From Mayamaea pseudoterrestris (Eukaryota), in NCBI GenBank assembly GCA_027923505.1, contig BROI01000011.1, positions 496,001 through 560,000 of the forward strand: DNA of 64,000 nucleotides. Direction: 5' to 3'. This document shows, one piece after another, positions 52,181-64,000 of this stretch; positions within the stretch are counted from its first letter, which is position 1, and the number at the start of each line of letters is the position of its first letter. The translations under genes and the position numbers were made by a program. The notes under the pieces were generated by a model, which was given only the letters and a program-made list of their open reading frames with translations, was not told the DNA's origin and made no database searches.

Positions 52181-53503
52181 TCACTCAACTGAAGCATGAT
52201 GCTGCGCACATTTATTTTCGTGCTGCAACCTTGCTCTCTGATCGCCAAAGTTTTGTTTACAGTAGGAGCAAGCATGAACGGATGGTATCGGCGCGCCGCT
52301 GTTTAGTGAGCTCGAGGGAAGAAACGTCGTTTCGTGCGCCAGCAGCTCGGATTCCGTCGCAAACACCTTGTCGCAGACGGAGCACTTGCCAAAACTAGCC
52401 TCTAGTTTGTCGTGACAACTCTCCTCTACTGTATTTGCAGCCATCTTTGCGGAGATACTCCAGTCAGGTAATATCTTGGTGTGAGGCCCGGAATGCTTGG
52501 CCAAGACATGCTCCGCCAAGGCATTTTCAGACGAGTAAGTTCGTTTCGTTTCGGATGGACAATAAGAGCAAGTCAGTGCCGGTTTTTTGCGGGGCCTCAA
52601 GTCGGCATCGTCGTCGTCGCCAACATGTTTGGCTAGTAAATGACTGTTGAGTGAGCGCTCCTCGCGAAACGACCTGGAGCAGTACTGACAGGTAAATGCA
52701 GCAGGCGTTGCAGCAGAATCGCTTGACGACGGCGCAAAAGAATACCATGGTAACGGATGAGACAATGAAGTCACTGCATCATCATTTTCGCTCTTGTCGC
52801 CGTGAGTTGCCTTCAATGCAAAGGTCAGTGTTTCACTTGGACCCGCCACTCGATTTCCAAACGATTTTCCCGTCTGATGCCGTCGTACTTGGTAGTAGCT
52901 TGGTTGGCCATGTTTGGATAAGGGAGGCGACTGAAACGTGACTCGATGTACAAGGTGAAATCCATGTCTTTCCGCCGCTGCCAAACACTTCCATCGATGT
53001 GCCTGCTGATGCGCCAATGTCACGTGCAAGTAGCAACTGCAGTCACTGTCAATGAGCCAGCGCTCTCGACAAGCATGAAACAAATGCGACAGAAACTGAT
53101 AATGTCGAATGCAGTCCTCCGTTCCCAAGTGCGGATGATTGAAAATCACGTGGTGAGCCTTTTGTATTTGATCGTCGGACGCGACGTCGTCGTCGTAATC
53201 GGATGCGACGGCATTGACGCCATGGCGAACGTCAATCTGAAGCAACGGAGTGGAGCATTCCCGCAGTGATTTGAGTATAAAGGGACTGTCCTTATATTTT
53301 TGCTTCAGTTCGGTGAAGGAATCGAAACCAGTGGCAATGAGATGGATTCTTGCAGACGACAATTGAATTGTAAGTGAATGTCGTTGCTGAAACTCTTGAT
53401 GTTGCAGATAACGCGCCAAATCCAAAGAAAATGTAAAATCGCCGTCTCCGAGAATCAAATAAGTCAATACTGATTCATTGCGATGCTCTAATGGAGCCGC
53501 CAT
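52181..53503 (-). CDS. BMT5/DUF2431-like rRNA methyltransferase domain protein with C2H2 zinc fingers
   Basis: LILGDGDFTFS, IATGFDS, HGVNA, VIFNHPH; then CQYC..HLLAKH, CSYC..HVLAKH, CSVC, CSYC. Start could be 53515. Confidence 0.8.
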   Translation of the reverse strand: MAAPLEHRNESVLTYLILGDGDFTFSLDLARYLQHQEFQQRHSLTIQLSSARIHLIATGFDSFTELKQKYKDSPFILKSLRECSTPLLQIDVRHGVNAVASDYDDDVASDDQIQKAHHVIFNHPHLGTEDCIRHYQFLSHLFHACRERWLIDSDCSCYLHVTLAHQQAHRWKCLAAAERHGFHLVHRVTFQSPPLSKHGQPSYYQVRRHQTGKSFGNRVAGPSETLTFALKATHGDKSENDDAVTSLSHPLPWYSFAPSSSDSAATPAAFTCQYCSRSFREERSLNSHLLAKHVGDDDDADLRPRKKPALTCSYCPSETKRTYSSENALAEHVLAKHSGPHTKILPDWSISAKMAANTVEESCHDKLEASFGKCSVCDKVFATESELLAHETTFLPSSSLNSGAPIPSVHACSYCKQNFGDQRARLQHENKCAQHHASVE

Positions 53504-53952
53504 GGTCGATAACATGAATGGTACTTGTAGTAATGAGTAATGAGCGATATTGGTGAGAAACGAGTGATTCCAGTTTTCATACGCGCGGCATGAAGTATTC
53601 ACCATGCGTGCAAGATCGGAGACTTCCCGGAAAGCTCCCGTCGTGTATTACGGCCGCACTAACTTGTTGTACCATAAATTATTATGCTATTTGCCATAAT
53701 CGACACGAACAACTACAAGTAACTCTTTTTATATAAGTGGTTTGTCTTGAAATACTTGTACTAACTGTAAAGGGCAAAAACATTTTATGAGGTAGAAGAA
53801 GCGCGAATCGCCAATTAGAATAAACGTTTTCGGCTGCCAATACACCTGCAGTTTCCAAATTATTTCACGAGATCCATTGTAATCGCCGCGGAGAAACCCA
53901 AAGTTATATAAGACAAGCACAGTTGGGCAAGAAAAAAGCTCGAGTCGCCCAG

Positions 53953-55680
53953 CTACAAATGGCGTTCCTCGGCTGCCGCTGCACCTGCAGTCTCCAGAAT
54001 CATGTCGCGGCAGCCGTAGCAATCGCCGCGGAGAAGCGCAAAGCGCGCAACACTGTCAAGCGGTGCCAGGGCTTGCGCAAGTTTGGTGCGGCGCGCGTCA
54101 GCGTCAGTCTCTTGTCGAGCCAGCTCGAAAGATGGACCATGAATGCGCTTGAGACGATTGACGTTATAAAGCGTCGCCTTTTCAATCATCGCTAGCCCAT
54201 TACTAGTCAAAATGCCCGAAAAGTCAATTTCGTCGATACAGCCTGTCCCCGCGCTGATAGCCTCGAGTAGAGCGTTACGAGGTTCCTTGGCAGCGCCTTG
54301 AGCGCAAGTCACTTTGAGATTGCGCAAGTGAGTCGTCGCAGCAATCATCTGGGCGAGAGCAAGTTCGACATTGTCATTCCAGTGTTCCGCTTTCAATGCA
54401 AGAGTCAGCTTGCAAAGTCTCCAGCTGGAAGAGTCTTGCAACAGCGCAAGGATACAGTTTGTGGCTTGCAACGCCGGGAGGTTGCCGCAAGCATCAAATG
54501 TAACAGTTAGATCTTCAACCACAACGCTAGGCGAATCGCGTAGTCCATTGTTGAGACCCATAAAGAACTCCACAGAGGACAATCCAGCATGACACTCAAG
54601 GTCGAGGGCGAGAATTTTGCTTCCAACGATTGCCTCGGCCAAACTAGATCCCTTACTCTCAGGAATGGTCAACGCCAAGGCCTGGAAACGCTGAACATTG
54701 GAGTTCCTGAGTCCCTCACAAAAAATGTCGGTTGCCTCCTCCGTCATGAAAGCAAGTTGGTTCATGGTCGCACTCGTCAAAGTCTTGACCATCAGACCAC
54801 TGCCGAGCACAGCAGCGCCTTCCACGGTGGACACAATTACATGGCTACCATCATGGAGAAAATTTACGACATTATCATCGAAATATTTCTTCACGTCGAG
54901 TGCGTTGACTGTTAACTTTCTTAGACGCGGTAAAGAAAGAAGTGGGCGAAGAGCAGCTACCAGCGGGCCAATCACTTCCGTAGAATGAAATGCGACTTCT
55001 TCAACTGTGGAGTTGCCTTTCAATGCATTGGCAAAGATTTGAAGTGATTCAATTCGTTCATCTTCCCATTGTACCACATGAAAAATCCCGGTGACGTCCA
55101 TCGCCAACTTTTTGAGATTCAGGCAATAAGGCAAGATATGCGCGAAGGCAATGGCTGGGTTCTGTGAAGGAGAGTCATATAACTGAACAATTCCCTCTTC
55201 AAGCATAGGCAAGCAACACGCAACCTGTCCAATTTCGATAGCTGCTTTGATTATCTTTTCTCGTGGCGGAAGATTCTCAAGTCGTTCTTCGTTGCCATCA
55301 AAGGCTTGAAAAAATAAGCTTTTTACAGGTGCAATGCCTGTGGAGCGTGTAAGTAATGCTTCCAGCCAGCGTTGGAGAGAATCTGGACGAAGGGCCATGA
55401 CAACCAAATCAATAAAGTCGACGCGTCCATGGATCGAAGCTATATTCTCATCGAGATACCGTTCCTGCCCGTCCAACCATTCTTCTAATGGAATGACTTC
55501 AAAATCCTGCATCTGTGGCAAAGGGTCCCAATGATCGAGTGGAATCTCGGAAATTCTTTTAGCAATCGCAACCGCTTCCATCGCTGTCAAGGGGTTAGGG
55601 GGGCGAAGAACGAGTCGCGGAGCTTTTCCTGGCTCCTCGTTTTCGCTCGCGGCACTTCGTTTTAAAAGACTGTTACTCAT
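53953..55680 (-). CDS. RNI-like/LRR protein, distant paralog of 48605-50071
   Basis: CLNLKKLAM, LPRLRKLTV, THLRNLKV; shares FCEGLRNS/VCDGLRNS and ELALAQ/DIALAE with the paralog. Confidence 0.7.
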   Translation of the reverse strand: MSNSLLKRSAASENEEPGKAPRLVLRPPNPLTAMEAVAIAKRISEIPLDHWDPLPQMQDFEVIPLEEWLDGQERYLDENIASIHGRVDFIDLVVMALRPDSLQRWLEALLTRSTGIAPVKSLFFQAFDGNEERLENLPPREKIIKAAIEIGQVACCLPMLEEGIVQLYDSPSQNPAIAFAHILPYCLNLKKLAMDVTGIFHVVQWEDERIESLQIFANALKGNSTVEEVAFHSTEVIGPLVAALRPLLSLPRLRKLTVNALDVKKYFDDNVVNFLHDGSHVIVSTVEGAAVLGSGLMVKTLTSATMNQLAFMTEEATDIFCEGLRNSNVQRFQALALTIPESKGSSLAEAIVGSKILALDLECHAGLSSVEFFMGLNNGLRDSPSVVVEDLTVTFDACGNLPALQATNCILALLQDSSSWRLCKLTLALKAEHWNDNVELALAQMIAATTHLRNLKVTCAQGAAKEPRNALLEAISAGTGCIDEIDFSGILTSNGLAMIEKATLYNVNRLKRIHGPSFELARQETDADARRTKLAQALAPLDSVARFALLRGDCYGCRDMILETAGAAAAEERHL

Positions 55681-56032
55681 TTGTGTAATTGTTTGAGCGG
55701 TTCAGAGCTTGCAGCAAGATAAGTTCTAGCGCCTTGGATTTCTGCGTCTCCACGATTTTTATGTACGTACCGGTAGTACCGGTACTACGAGTTGCGTGTC
55801 AAACCGGATGTATTTGGACACATGACTGGCTTACTCGAAGATACTACTTGCTGGCTTGTTATCGTATATAATAATCCGTCATCGAGCAAGCCGGTCACAC
55901 ATTCTTTCGCTTCGCCAAGTCCCATCGCCCAAACGCGAAATGGCGAGGACGAGCGTATTCATTTTCAAATGACAAAAATTTCGAACTGAAAAAGGCACTG
56001 GAACCCTTTAACAACACCATCCTCCACGCATC

Positions 56033-56881
56033 ATGCCAAACACACTTTTGCCGCTCGCTCTGGTGCTTTCATGCTTGTCATCAGCGACGGCAGACGCACA
56101 ATGGCATCCCCTTCGAGGAGGTAGAGAAAGAAGAAGCATTCGAGCACTGCAACAAACCACTCGCGGTCTGCGCGTCCGTGTTTTTAACGATGTGAACCAC
56201 ATCATGTGGGACAAGAACCAAGGAGCTGATACTGACCTTACTCCAGCCAATGTGAACAACTGGATTGTCAGTTTGGACGGAGTCGACGTTGGAAGTACCA
56301 TGGATGGCACCGGATTGGTCTTCGAAGAAGCTAGTGGCAATCCACTTTTGCAAGCGGGTGCTAACGTTTGCGTGCGACCGCCATCCACCAACGTTGCCAA
56401 TGAAGCTTCCTGCGCAACTGTCGGCATTGACTGTGAGCAGACAAAGTGGAGCATCAATGCAACGCAATTTCCCTATCGCGATGAAGTGGTGGACAACCCC
56501 AACTATGACGGCGTCGTTTGGTACGATGGACCAGATTCTGAAGCTGGCACGGTCGAGACATGGTGGAAGGTATATGTCAAGGACTTTTGCTATACGCTGC
56601 GAGAGACGGATTTTATTACGCGAGATTTGTTGGATGAAGCTTGGATTCGTTTCAGCCTCGTGCAAGGTCCGGTCGTCATTGCTACCAGATTCCCCACTGG
56701 CAACCCGAGCGACTCTCCGTCTATGACACCATCGGATGTTCCCTCTTTTGCACCATCGGATGTTCCTTCGGCCTTTCCGTCGGATGCGCCGTCACTTTTG
56801 CCGTCGGCTGTTCCTAGTGATGCTCCAAGTTTGAGCCCTTCGGACGTCCCGTCTCGGGCTCCAACCCTCGTGACTCGATAA
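56033..56881 (+). CDS. Secreted protein, short paralog of 45635-47623, with PSDVPS repeats
   Basis: Signal peptide, IRALQ motif, shared domain (GVVWYDG, KVYVKDFCYTLRE, EAWIRFSL), PSDxPS tail. Confidence 0.85.
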   Translation: MPNTLLPLALVLSCLSSATADAQWHPLRGGRERRSIRALQQTTRGLRVRVFNDVNHIMWDKNQGADTDLTPANVNNWIVSLDGVDVGSTMDGTGLVFEEASGNPLLQAGANVCVRPPSTNVANEASCATVGIDCEQTKWSINATQFPYRDEVVDNPNYDGVVWYDGPDSEAGTVETWWKVYVKDFCYTLRETDFITRDLLDEAWIRFSLVQGPVVIATRFPTGNPSDSPSMTPSDVPSFAPSDVPSAFPSDAPSLLPSAVPSDAPSLSPSDVPSRAPTLVTR

Positions 56882-57818
56882 GCTGACAGGCAAAACCATG
56901 ATACGAATGGCCCATTGCATATCTCATAGTAGTATTTATATATAACAGGAAAGTTTTAGATTCAGAAGCTGTATGAGTAATCTACGCGACGTTATCTGTA
57001 GTAACAAAGCGACTGACATCCAGGCCCCGTTCAAACACCGTCGCACCGCAATCTTGTCTCTCCTCTGAGAAAACTAAGTCGATTGGAACGTGAACGTATC
57101 GAAGAAGAGTGATTTGTATTGGAACATGCATTGCAGTGTGTTGCAGGCAGTTCAGCCCACTGTGGGTCTGGGTCTGGGTCTGGGGGCTCGCCTACCGTAG
57201 TATCGTCAAGCTCACTGATGTTGCAAGCGCAGTTCCATGTTATATATCAACGCCAATTTGTATTATCTTTTAACGCCTCCATCGTTTGCGTAATGGAGTT
57301 GTAAGGATTTCAGGTTGGGTTACCCTACGGCAGTCTTGCAATCTCGAAATGACGGATATCATCAAGCACTAAAACGTATATGAATCGACCTAAATCGCTA
57401 TGCCTATTTTAGCGTTGTGCATGCACCCACATCTAAAATACCGGTAGTATGTAACTATCGAAACAAACTACCGGGAGTTTGTCCATAGCTAAACGCATTG
57501 GAAGCTGTTCCTATTCGCGTGGCACGGCGCACCCATAATTGGACACGCGGACAGAACTCTTCCGTGACCCAAATTCTGCGGGCAGTTTGACCATGATGGC
57601 CTATCGCCAAGTTCTTGCTTGCTTCGCATCGTGCGAGCCCACGTGGAAGGAAGCAAAGAAATTTTTGCACTACGAAGCTAATCGCAAAGGATAAGGTAGA
57701 TATAGTAAACTTATGATCATTTTCATTATGTACAACTCGTTATGACTAAATTAAAATTCGAGTACAGCGACCGCGCTGCAATAAACTGCTGCTGCGTGTC
57801 GCAAGATGTTCCGTAGCT

Positions 57819-58605
57819 TTATGCGAACGAAAAGGCCGGAAGACGACGCTGGGTGGCCGGAAAGGCACTGCGGCGCTGCCGCATGGGGGTGGGAACAACC
57901 TTGGTCGGAACGACAACTGGCCTAGACTGGATGACAGGAGCAACTTCCTCCATGATTGGAAGCGAGTGGTTGGGGTCCTTAAAGTCAACCTCAAGCAATA
58001 GCTGAATCTTGTGTTGCATACGTGGTGCTAGTGTAGTTGTAGCTTTCGACTGCTGTAGCGCGAGCATGCACTTTTTGACAATGGCAATCTCTTGGTCAAT
58101 CTGTTCCAAGCGGCGACGCGCCTCCTGATGGATCTTTTCAACTGCCCAGTCCGCCATGCCGTTTTGAATGGGCTTTTGAGCACGCTTGAAGCGTATTTGA
58201 TGAGTGATGCGATGGGAATAGAGAATTCTCATGGTCTCCTCCAAAACACTGAGAGCATTGTCTGGCAACTGAAGTGCAGCAAAGGGGAAGGTGAGCCGAC
58301 GGAATCGTGCTGTCTGAAACAGGGACTGATTTCAAACGTCGACGTACCTTCTTGAGTTCCTTGCGATCCGCGTTCCTCATGCGGATAATGGCAGTCATGC
58401 TTTCGACTGGCATTTCCTTCGGTTTAGAAGGGACGGTTGAAGTTGTTGCTGTTGTTGCAGCTCGAGTGCTGCTGGGAGCGGCAGGAGCAAGTGTAAATGC
58501 CGTTGTCGAGCTGTTGGAGCGCTGGAATACAAACGACAAAAAAGCGAGAGACAACACTCGCATGACACGTGATACGACTTGGTTCGACAATGTTTCCATC
58601 TTCAT
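57819..58605 (-). CDS. Hypothetical protein with possible signal/plastid presequence; intron 58269-58347
   Basis: A GTACGT...CAG phase-0 intron joins two ORFs (ELKK|LPDNAL); hydrophobic N-terminus followed by TA-FTLAP. Confidence 0.55.
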
Positions 58606-59302
58606 GACTGAGAAGGTATAACAAGAGGAAGATCTTTGAGGTTGGATATGTTGATTCTACTTTTTTGAATTTGTGAGAACGCTGCTCGAGTGAGGGAATT
58701 CGAATTGGCCTAAAATGGACGACGATGGAAAGGCGGAATCGAGGATCCCGGATTCCTGGTTCCTTTGAGAGACGTCGATGGAAGCGTTTGCGCAAATTCC
58801 GATTCCGTATGCCGCGTCGTTGTGCGTCATGTGCTGCTTGTATGCAGCATCTGCAAGCCATCTGTGCAGGATAGTTTAACCGCATGACGCCATGCTTAAA
58901 GAACAGCACATGTAACTTATGTTAGAGATGCTCCGAGACGAGTAATAAGAATGCGAAGAAGGACGGTCGGAACTTCGTCGGAGCAACTTGAGTCGATGAT
59001 GAGTCGATCGTTCGGAAACCGCACGTTTCGCCAATTTTAAAGAGCTTGAAAGCAAAAGACACCCTCGACGACATGATTCTTTGCGAAAGAGGTAAGCAAC
59101 TTTGGTGCTCGTGTAGAAACGATCCTCATAGGCGTGTGCATACAGGTGCCTAGATCGAAGCCGTCGCATGCGCCCTGCTTTGGGATCGGTGCTGGCAATC
59201 GCCTATCGATAAGACAACTATTATCGGCCATAAGCTACTGCAAAGAAGTCAAGCATGCGTTCCTACCATTATCTGTAGTTCTATCCGTCTGAAACTATGA
59301 AA

Positions 59303-59975
59303 CTAACCGAGAATCATGTTGACATAGTCCTTGTAGGCAATCATACCATCGCCGACACTCTTTTCCACTTCCTCCCACTCCTCCGGCGAAAACTTTTCTC
59401 CAAGATTGGTCAAAATATTCTTGAGCTCCGCCGTTGAAATGTATCCTTGCCCGTCCTTGTCAAAGATGCGAAAGCACTCCATGAGGTCCTCGGCCTTGTC
59501 GGGTGGATCGGCTGCCTTCTTTTCAATGACTTTCATAAAGTCTTCAATCTTGGCCTTGTCGGAAATCTGGTCAATGATAGTATACAGCATTGAGTGTAAG
59601 ATCGTACATGTATCTTTCAACAGCAGTAAATATAACAGCCATGTTTGACTTACTCCTTCCTTGATGGTCGCAACTTCCTTCTCCGACGGATTAAAACCGC
59701 AGGCTCGAACAGCCTTGATAAAGGTTTCCTTGTTGACAAAGCCTGCATCGAGTGAAGGAATGAGACAAAAGTTAGACTCATGCGTAGCGCTTATGCACTT
59801 GAGGCCACCAAGCCATGCACTTCGCATCGTTTTGGTCGAACGACGGCAATGGACGAGCAATGAGCCGACAAGAAGCAAGCAACGTCATCGTACCTATATC
59901 ATTTCCCTCCTTGTCCTTTTGGTAGGCATCAAAGATTTCTCGAAAGTCCTTTTCCTGTTCCTCGGAGAGTCCCAT
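59303..59975 (-). CDS. Myosin-light-chain/calmodulin-like EF-hand protein; introns 59743-59893 and 59567-59653
   Basis: Spliced [18 protein letters not shown]...[13 protein letters not shown]...[28 protein letters not shown]; only one canonical EF loop. Confidence 0.88.
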
Positions 59976-60264
59976 GATGTCTATATGATGTAATGTAGCA
60001 CAAGTTTTAGGCAAAGCAAGGCGACGATGGCTTGTTGCTTTTCGTCGTTGTCGTGACGGGTCATTTTCGTTGGCGCGCGCGGACATTTTCCGATCTCAAG
60101 ACCGCATGACTTTGCGTTAGCGCGAATGAAAACCGTCTCTACATGTCGCATAATCACTCGTGCACGTTCGACCGCGACGTTCATCCGATTCACAGTCAAT
60201 TCATCATCCATCCTGTTGCACTCTCAACGAATCACATTGATTATAGCTTTATTAGCACTCACTC

Positions 60265-61230
60265 ATGGCGCATGCCCTTCCGTAAGTGTCAGAGTGTTTG
60301 GAGTTGCGGTCTTGCCGAAATCGCCATGCAGTGCTGTCGATTTGGCCGTAGAAATTTGAAGCGTTTCATGCTTGCTTTTTCGCTGTCTGTCGACAATCAT
60401 CGAGAATGTCTTGGCCCATTACCTCCTTTTTTGGAAATCATTGCGAGAGTTGTTATAAGCTTAAAAAGTCAATGGTTGCATGTCAAATATTTCATGGTGA
60501 TGCCTCGTTGATGTGACTCACATTGCTGCAACGTTTGCTGCTGTCATACTTTCACAGCCTCGCCAAACTCGGCGGCTTGCTCATCAAAACACTCGCCAAG
60601 CCCCTCTCCAAGCGCGTCAAGCATGAATTCTCGCGGTCACCCTTTACGCAAAACATTTTGGTCGCCATTGGCCAAGGCACGCATCAACTGACGAGTCGCA
60701 TGACCATTTGGAGCGCCGGCTACAAGGTGCGCAGCATTAAACCGCTCGAGGAGGAGCAAGCCATTAAGCAGGGAGCCGAGTTTGTGGGAGAAGGCTTTAT
60801 ATTGACAGTCAGTATTGGTGTATTAATGTATGAATACAATTCACAAACGACAAAGGCGCGAGAGAAGGATTTGCAGCAAAAGGCCAAGGCGCAGGCCGAG
60901 CGAGATGAACTGCAAACCAAGCTGCATGCGTTGGATGTGAGACTCAAGGCGCTGGAAGTTGTTGTCAAGAACAACTCCAATAGCTTGCTAAACGTGATTG
61001 GCAAAAAGTACAAGCAACCCGAGGAGGCGGAACTAGTGCCGATTGAGCTGCGGCCGATTGAAGAGGTTCAGGCGACGGATCCGACAGCAACCACACTTGC
61101 TGCGGCTAGTAATGAAGCAGATGCGTCAATCGGACGCGAAACTGGTAGTTTGACTGCATCCGAAACTGACAGTTTGACTGTCGATACAGCATCGAGCGGA
61201 TCTTGGCGAAAATGGTGGCCATGGAGTTGA
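60265..61230 (+). CDS. OPA3: OPA3-like mitochondrial protein; intron 60282-60557
   Basis: Spliced MAHALPLAKLGGLLIKTLAKP, KPLEEEQAIKQGAEFVGEGF, then a coiled coil. Confidence 0.88.
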
Positions 61231-61344
61231 CATGCCGGTGCCGTCACGCACAACACTTTCGCAGTACTGCTATCCGATTCACACTATATATCGGTTCCGT
61301 TCTACACAAACAAGCTTTGCATTTACTGCCAACATAACAATAAA

Positions 61345-64000
61345 TTAACTTACGTACAGACTAGACGCGAATACGATATCCCGCTTGATGGCGACACTGG
61401 CGGACTCAACCTTGCGGTAAAGGGTCGGATTGCCGATGACTCGAGCGCAATTCCTGACTTCGCGCAGCAACTCGTCTAGCCTCGTGATTGCTCGAACAAT
61501 CAAGCCTTCCTTAATGTCGGTCAAAGCGCATATTTGTTTAAACTCGACTCCCAGAGCCCATTCATAGATGACATGGACCAACCCGAAATTCATGCTTGCG
61601 TCGCAATACTCGCCAGGGTCAACTTTGAGTCCTTGTTCCTTCTGAAGTAAGCCTAGGTTCGTGGCGATCTGTTTCATTTGGTTGCAGCAAGTCACCAAAT
61701 TTTCGGGAAGCTCCATATCCAGCTCTTCGTCCGTAGAACGACCCTGAAACACAAGCGCGCTCAACACTGCTGCAATCTCTTCGGGCTCGAGCTCGTCGAT
61801 GATACCTTCAAAGATCATTTCCGTCAATATTAGTTCCTCGGTCGAGTTGCACTCACAGGCTACTCGACCCTTGACCGACACGGTCTCATTTTGCTCAATG
61901 TAGCCAAGCTTTCGCAAGACACTCTTCTTATTCATAAAGTCTGGGAAGAGTGACAGACTTTCATTGGACAATAGGTGCTCCAAGGTCTTGACGTGGGCGC
62001 GCAAGGTCTCCTTTCGCTCCAGCTCGCCAAAGTACTTTTCGAGGTTTGGGCTGTATTGAGACGAGTTAGACCGTACTTGTGACAACAACTCTTTGGCGTG
62101 GGCGCAAACTTGCTGAATCTCGACTGCATCAGCGCCTCGTTTGACAAAGCTGCTCAAATCGAGCATTGGCAAGCCGGAATCCCGACCTTGCTCGGCCTTC
62201 TCCGAGTCAATCAAGCAACTCATGCTTTTGCTTAGCTCCTCGTCGCCTTTTGCTGTTCCGCGATGACTAACGCTAGATCCCATATCCATCTTCTTCTTGC
62301 CAATGGCTGTCATGCTAGCGAACGGATCACTTGGGCGGCCAGTCGACTTCATTCCCGCAAACGGGTTCGCCACGGCCGTCGACCGAGGCGCGCTGACAGC
62401 AATTGAGGCACTTGCGCCTATATCCTCGACGAAAAGACTCTTTGTATCAATCTTACACTTCTTTGCCGAGACCACCAACACCTGATCCATTCGAATGCTG
62501 GCAGTTGTGTAATATCGCTCTTTGCAAGTGCCCACATACCCCAACCGTAGCGGTTTTCCTATGTTCTTGCCGTCTTTCAATTGAAAACTTGCTGGTAAAA
62601 GAAGCAGGCATACCAATGGTCCATTTTCGTGTGCATCGGGCGACGCAGACGTTGCTCCGATGGCCGAAAACGCATTCCACTTGAGAATAATAGCAGGCGC
62701 TCGAACACACTCGAGTTTTCGTGCGGCTGACACGAGAATGATGCGTCCGGGGCAACAAATGTCACTTATAAGCTCTGGCGCAGACATCGATACAAAATCG
62801 AGAATCTCAGCATTGGCACGTGTCAGTTGCAAGCATGTATTGTAATACGCTTCAAGGTCGTCCAACCCGACGCGATCAATGGCGCCCTTCTTAAATTCGG
62901 CCTCCAGCTTCTCCAAAGTTCGTGTACCCCGAACAAGAAGCCGCGGATATTCTTTAGCCGTCAATGCGCGCTGAGTCGCAAACTCCGAAAACGACCTGGC
63001 GATCATCGACTCCACGCTCATTTCTTCCACTCGCAGCAAGTTTAAGATCATATTATACGTCAAGCGAAATTGACTCGACAACAAGGTGGATGATCCTGTG
63101 AGCATTTGCTTTAATACCTGCTGTGGCGAAGGCTCTTCTCCAAAGCAACACATGATCACCGTCCCCACCTTGTCGAGACCCCGTCGTCCCGCTCTCCCAG
63201 CCATTTGCGTATACTCGCCTGGCTCAAGTACGCGGAACTTTGTTCCGTCGTGTTTCCGAATGGAGTTGAAAACAACAGCTCGAGCGGGCATATTGACCCC
63301 CATTGCCTAAATAGAAGATCAGCAGGGTTAGTTTTAGATGTTGCTCAAAGCGGACATATCACAGGTAAACTCACAAAGGTTTCGGTGGCAAATAGAACTT
63401 TGATGAGGCCCTTGCCGAACAAAATTTCGACCACCTCTTTTAGTAATGGCAAGAGACCACCGTGATGTATGCCAATTCCCCTTTCTACCATTTCACAAAC
63501 AGCAATGACCTGCGGTAAGCTAGCATCATTCTTTGAAAGACGCGCCATGGCCTGCAGACAAAAGCCTTGTACAGCCGAACGTTCCTTTGCAGTATTTAGA
63601 TCCAACGATCGGAGCATCTGAGCAATCTCTTCGCATTTCTTCTGAGAAAAGGAAAACACCACCGTTGGCGTCAAGAGCTCTCTGTCAAGAAACCTGACCA
63701 GCGACATCCAGTTCTGCTTGCTTCCCTGCGCTTGCCACGCTAAGTGTTTTGATCCAGTAGCGTGCGGCTTGGGGGCTTTTGGATCCGCCTTTTTCTTTGG
63801 ATCTTTCGCAGATGGCGGAAGGAGGGCGCGAGTTGCCGCCTTGTACCCTGCCTCGATAAAGCCTCCTTTTCCTTCCATGATTTTGTGGAGCTCCAGGCCC
63901 GCCCAAAGGTGATGCGACAAGGGAACGGGTCGGTAATCCGTCTTGACGACGTGAATTGGCTTTCTCTTGGTACGTCCCACCCAGTCTGCAAACTCTAGCG
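61345..64000 (-). CDS. SKI2: SKI2-like DExH RNA helicase, 5' part outside the window; intron 63307-63374
   Basis: WVGRTKRK..RPVPL, GIHHGGLLP, spliced ATETF|AMGVNMPA, QMAGRAGRRG, DSHCT end IKRDIVFASSLY. Confidence 0.93.

Noticed and set aside
57163..57184. (TGGGTC)n microrepeat
   Set aside because: Only about 3.5 copies; an ordinary microsatellite.

Overview
Gene-dense eukaryotic nuclear DNA, most likely from a pennate diatom. This is inferred from the short GT-AG introns, 'AF/GF-AP'-type bipartite plastid presequences, RRLQ motifs and P/S-rich secreted proteins; the species cannot be determined from the sequence. About 28 protein-coding genes are supported: a Lys/Gly-rich repeat membrane protein, a receptor kinase-guanylate cyclase-PDZ protein, BRO1/ALIX-UBA, a UBE2Q-like E2, a plastid NiCoT/UreH-like protein, a cytochrome-b5 desaturase, an FAD-oxidoreductase/cyclopropane-fatty-acid-synthase fusion, AlaRS, a TrhO-like rhodanese-RRM protein, MYND, GH26, U-box, a UvrD/FBH1-like helicase, GDP-L-fucose synthase, RPL10, a BMT5-like protein, two RNI/LRR-like genes, two paralogous secreted proteins, a myosin-light-chain-like protein, OPA3 and SKI2. 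There is also one young Ty3/Gypsy retrotransposon with three 226-bp LTRs and a CAGGC target-site duplication. Four signals stand out. (1) A head-to-head desaturase + oxidoreductase-methyltransferase pair recalls bacterial modified/furan fatty-acid operons. (2) A two-gene cassette (secreted protein with an unrecognised 4-Cys domain + LRR gene) occurs twice in inverted orientation. (3) The retroelement has a three-LTR structure, no tRNA primer site, and two reading-frame breaks. (4) An intact, spliced, strongly CpG-depleted orphan gene lies next to the retroelement. All calls come from reading motifs by eye; no database searches were run.
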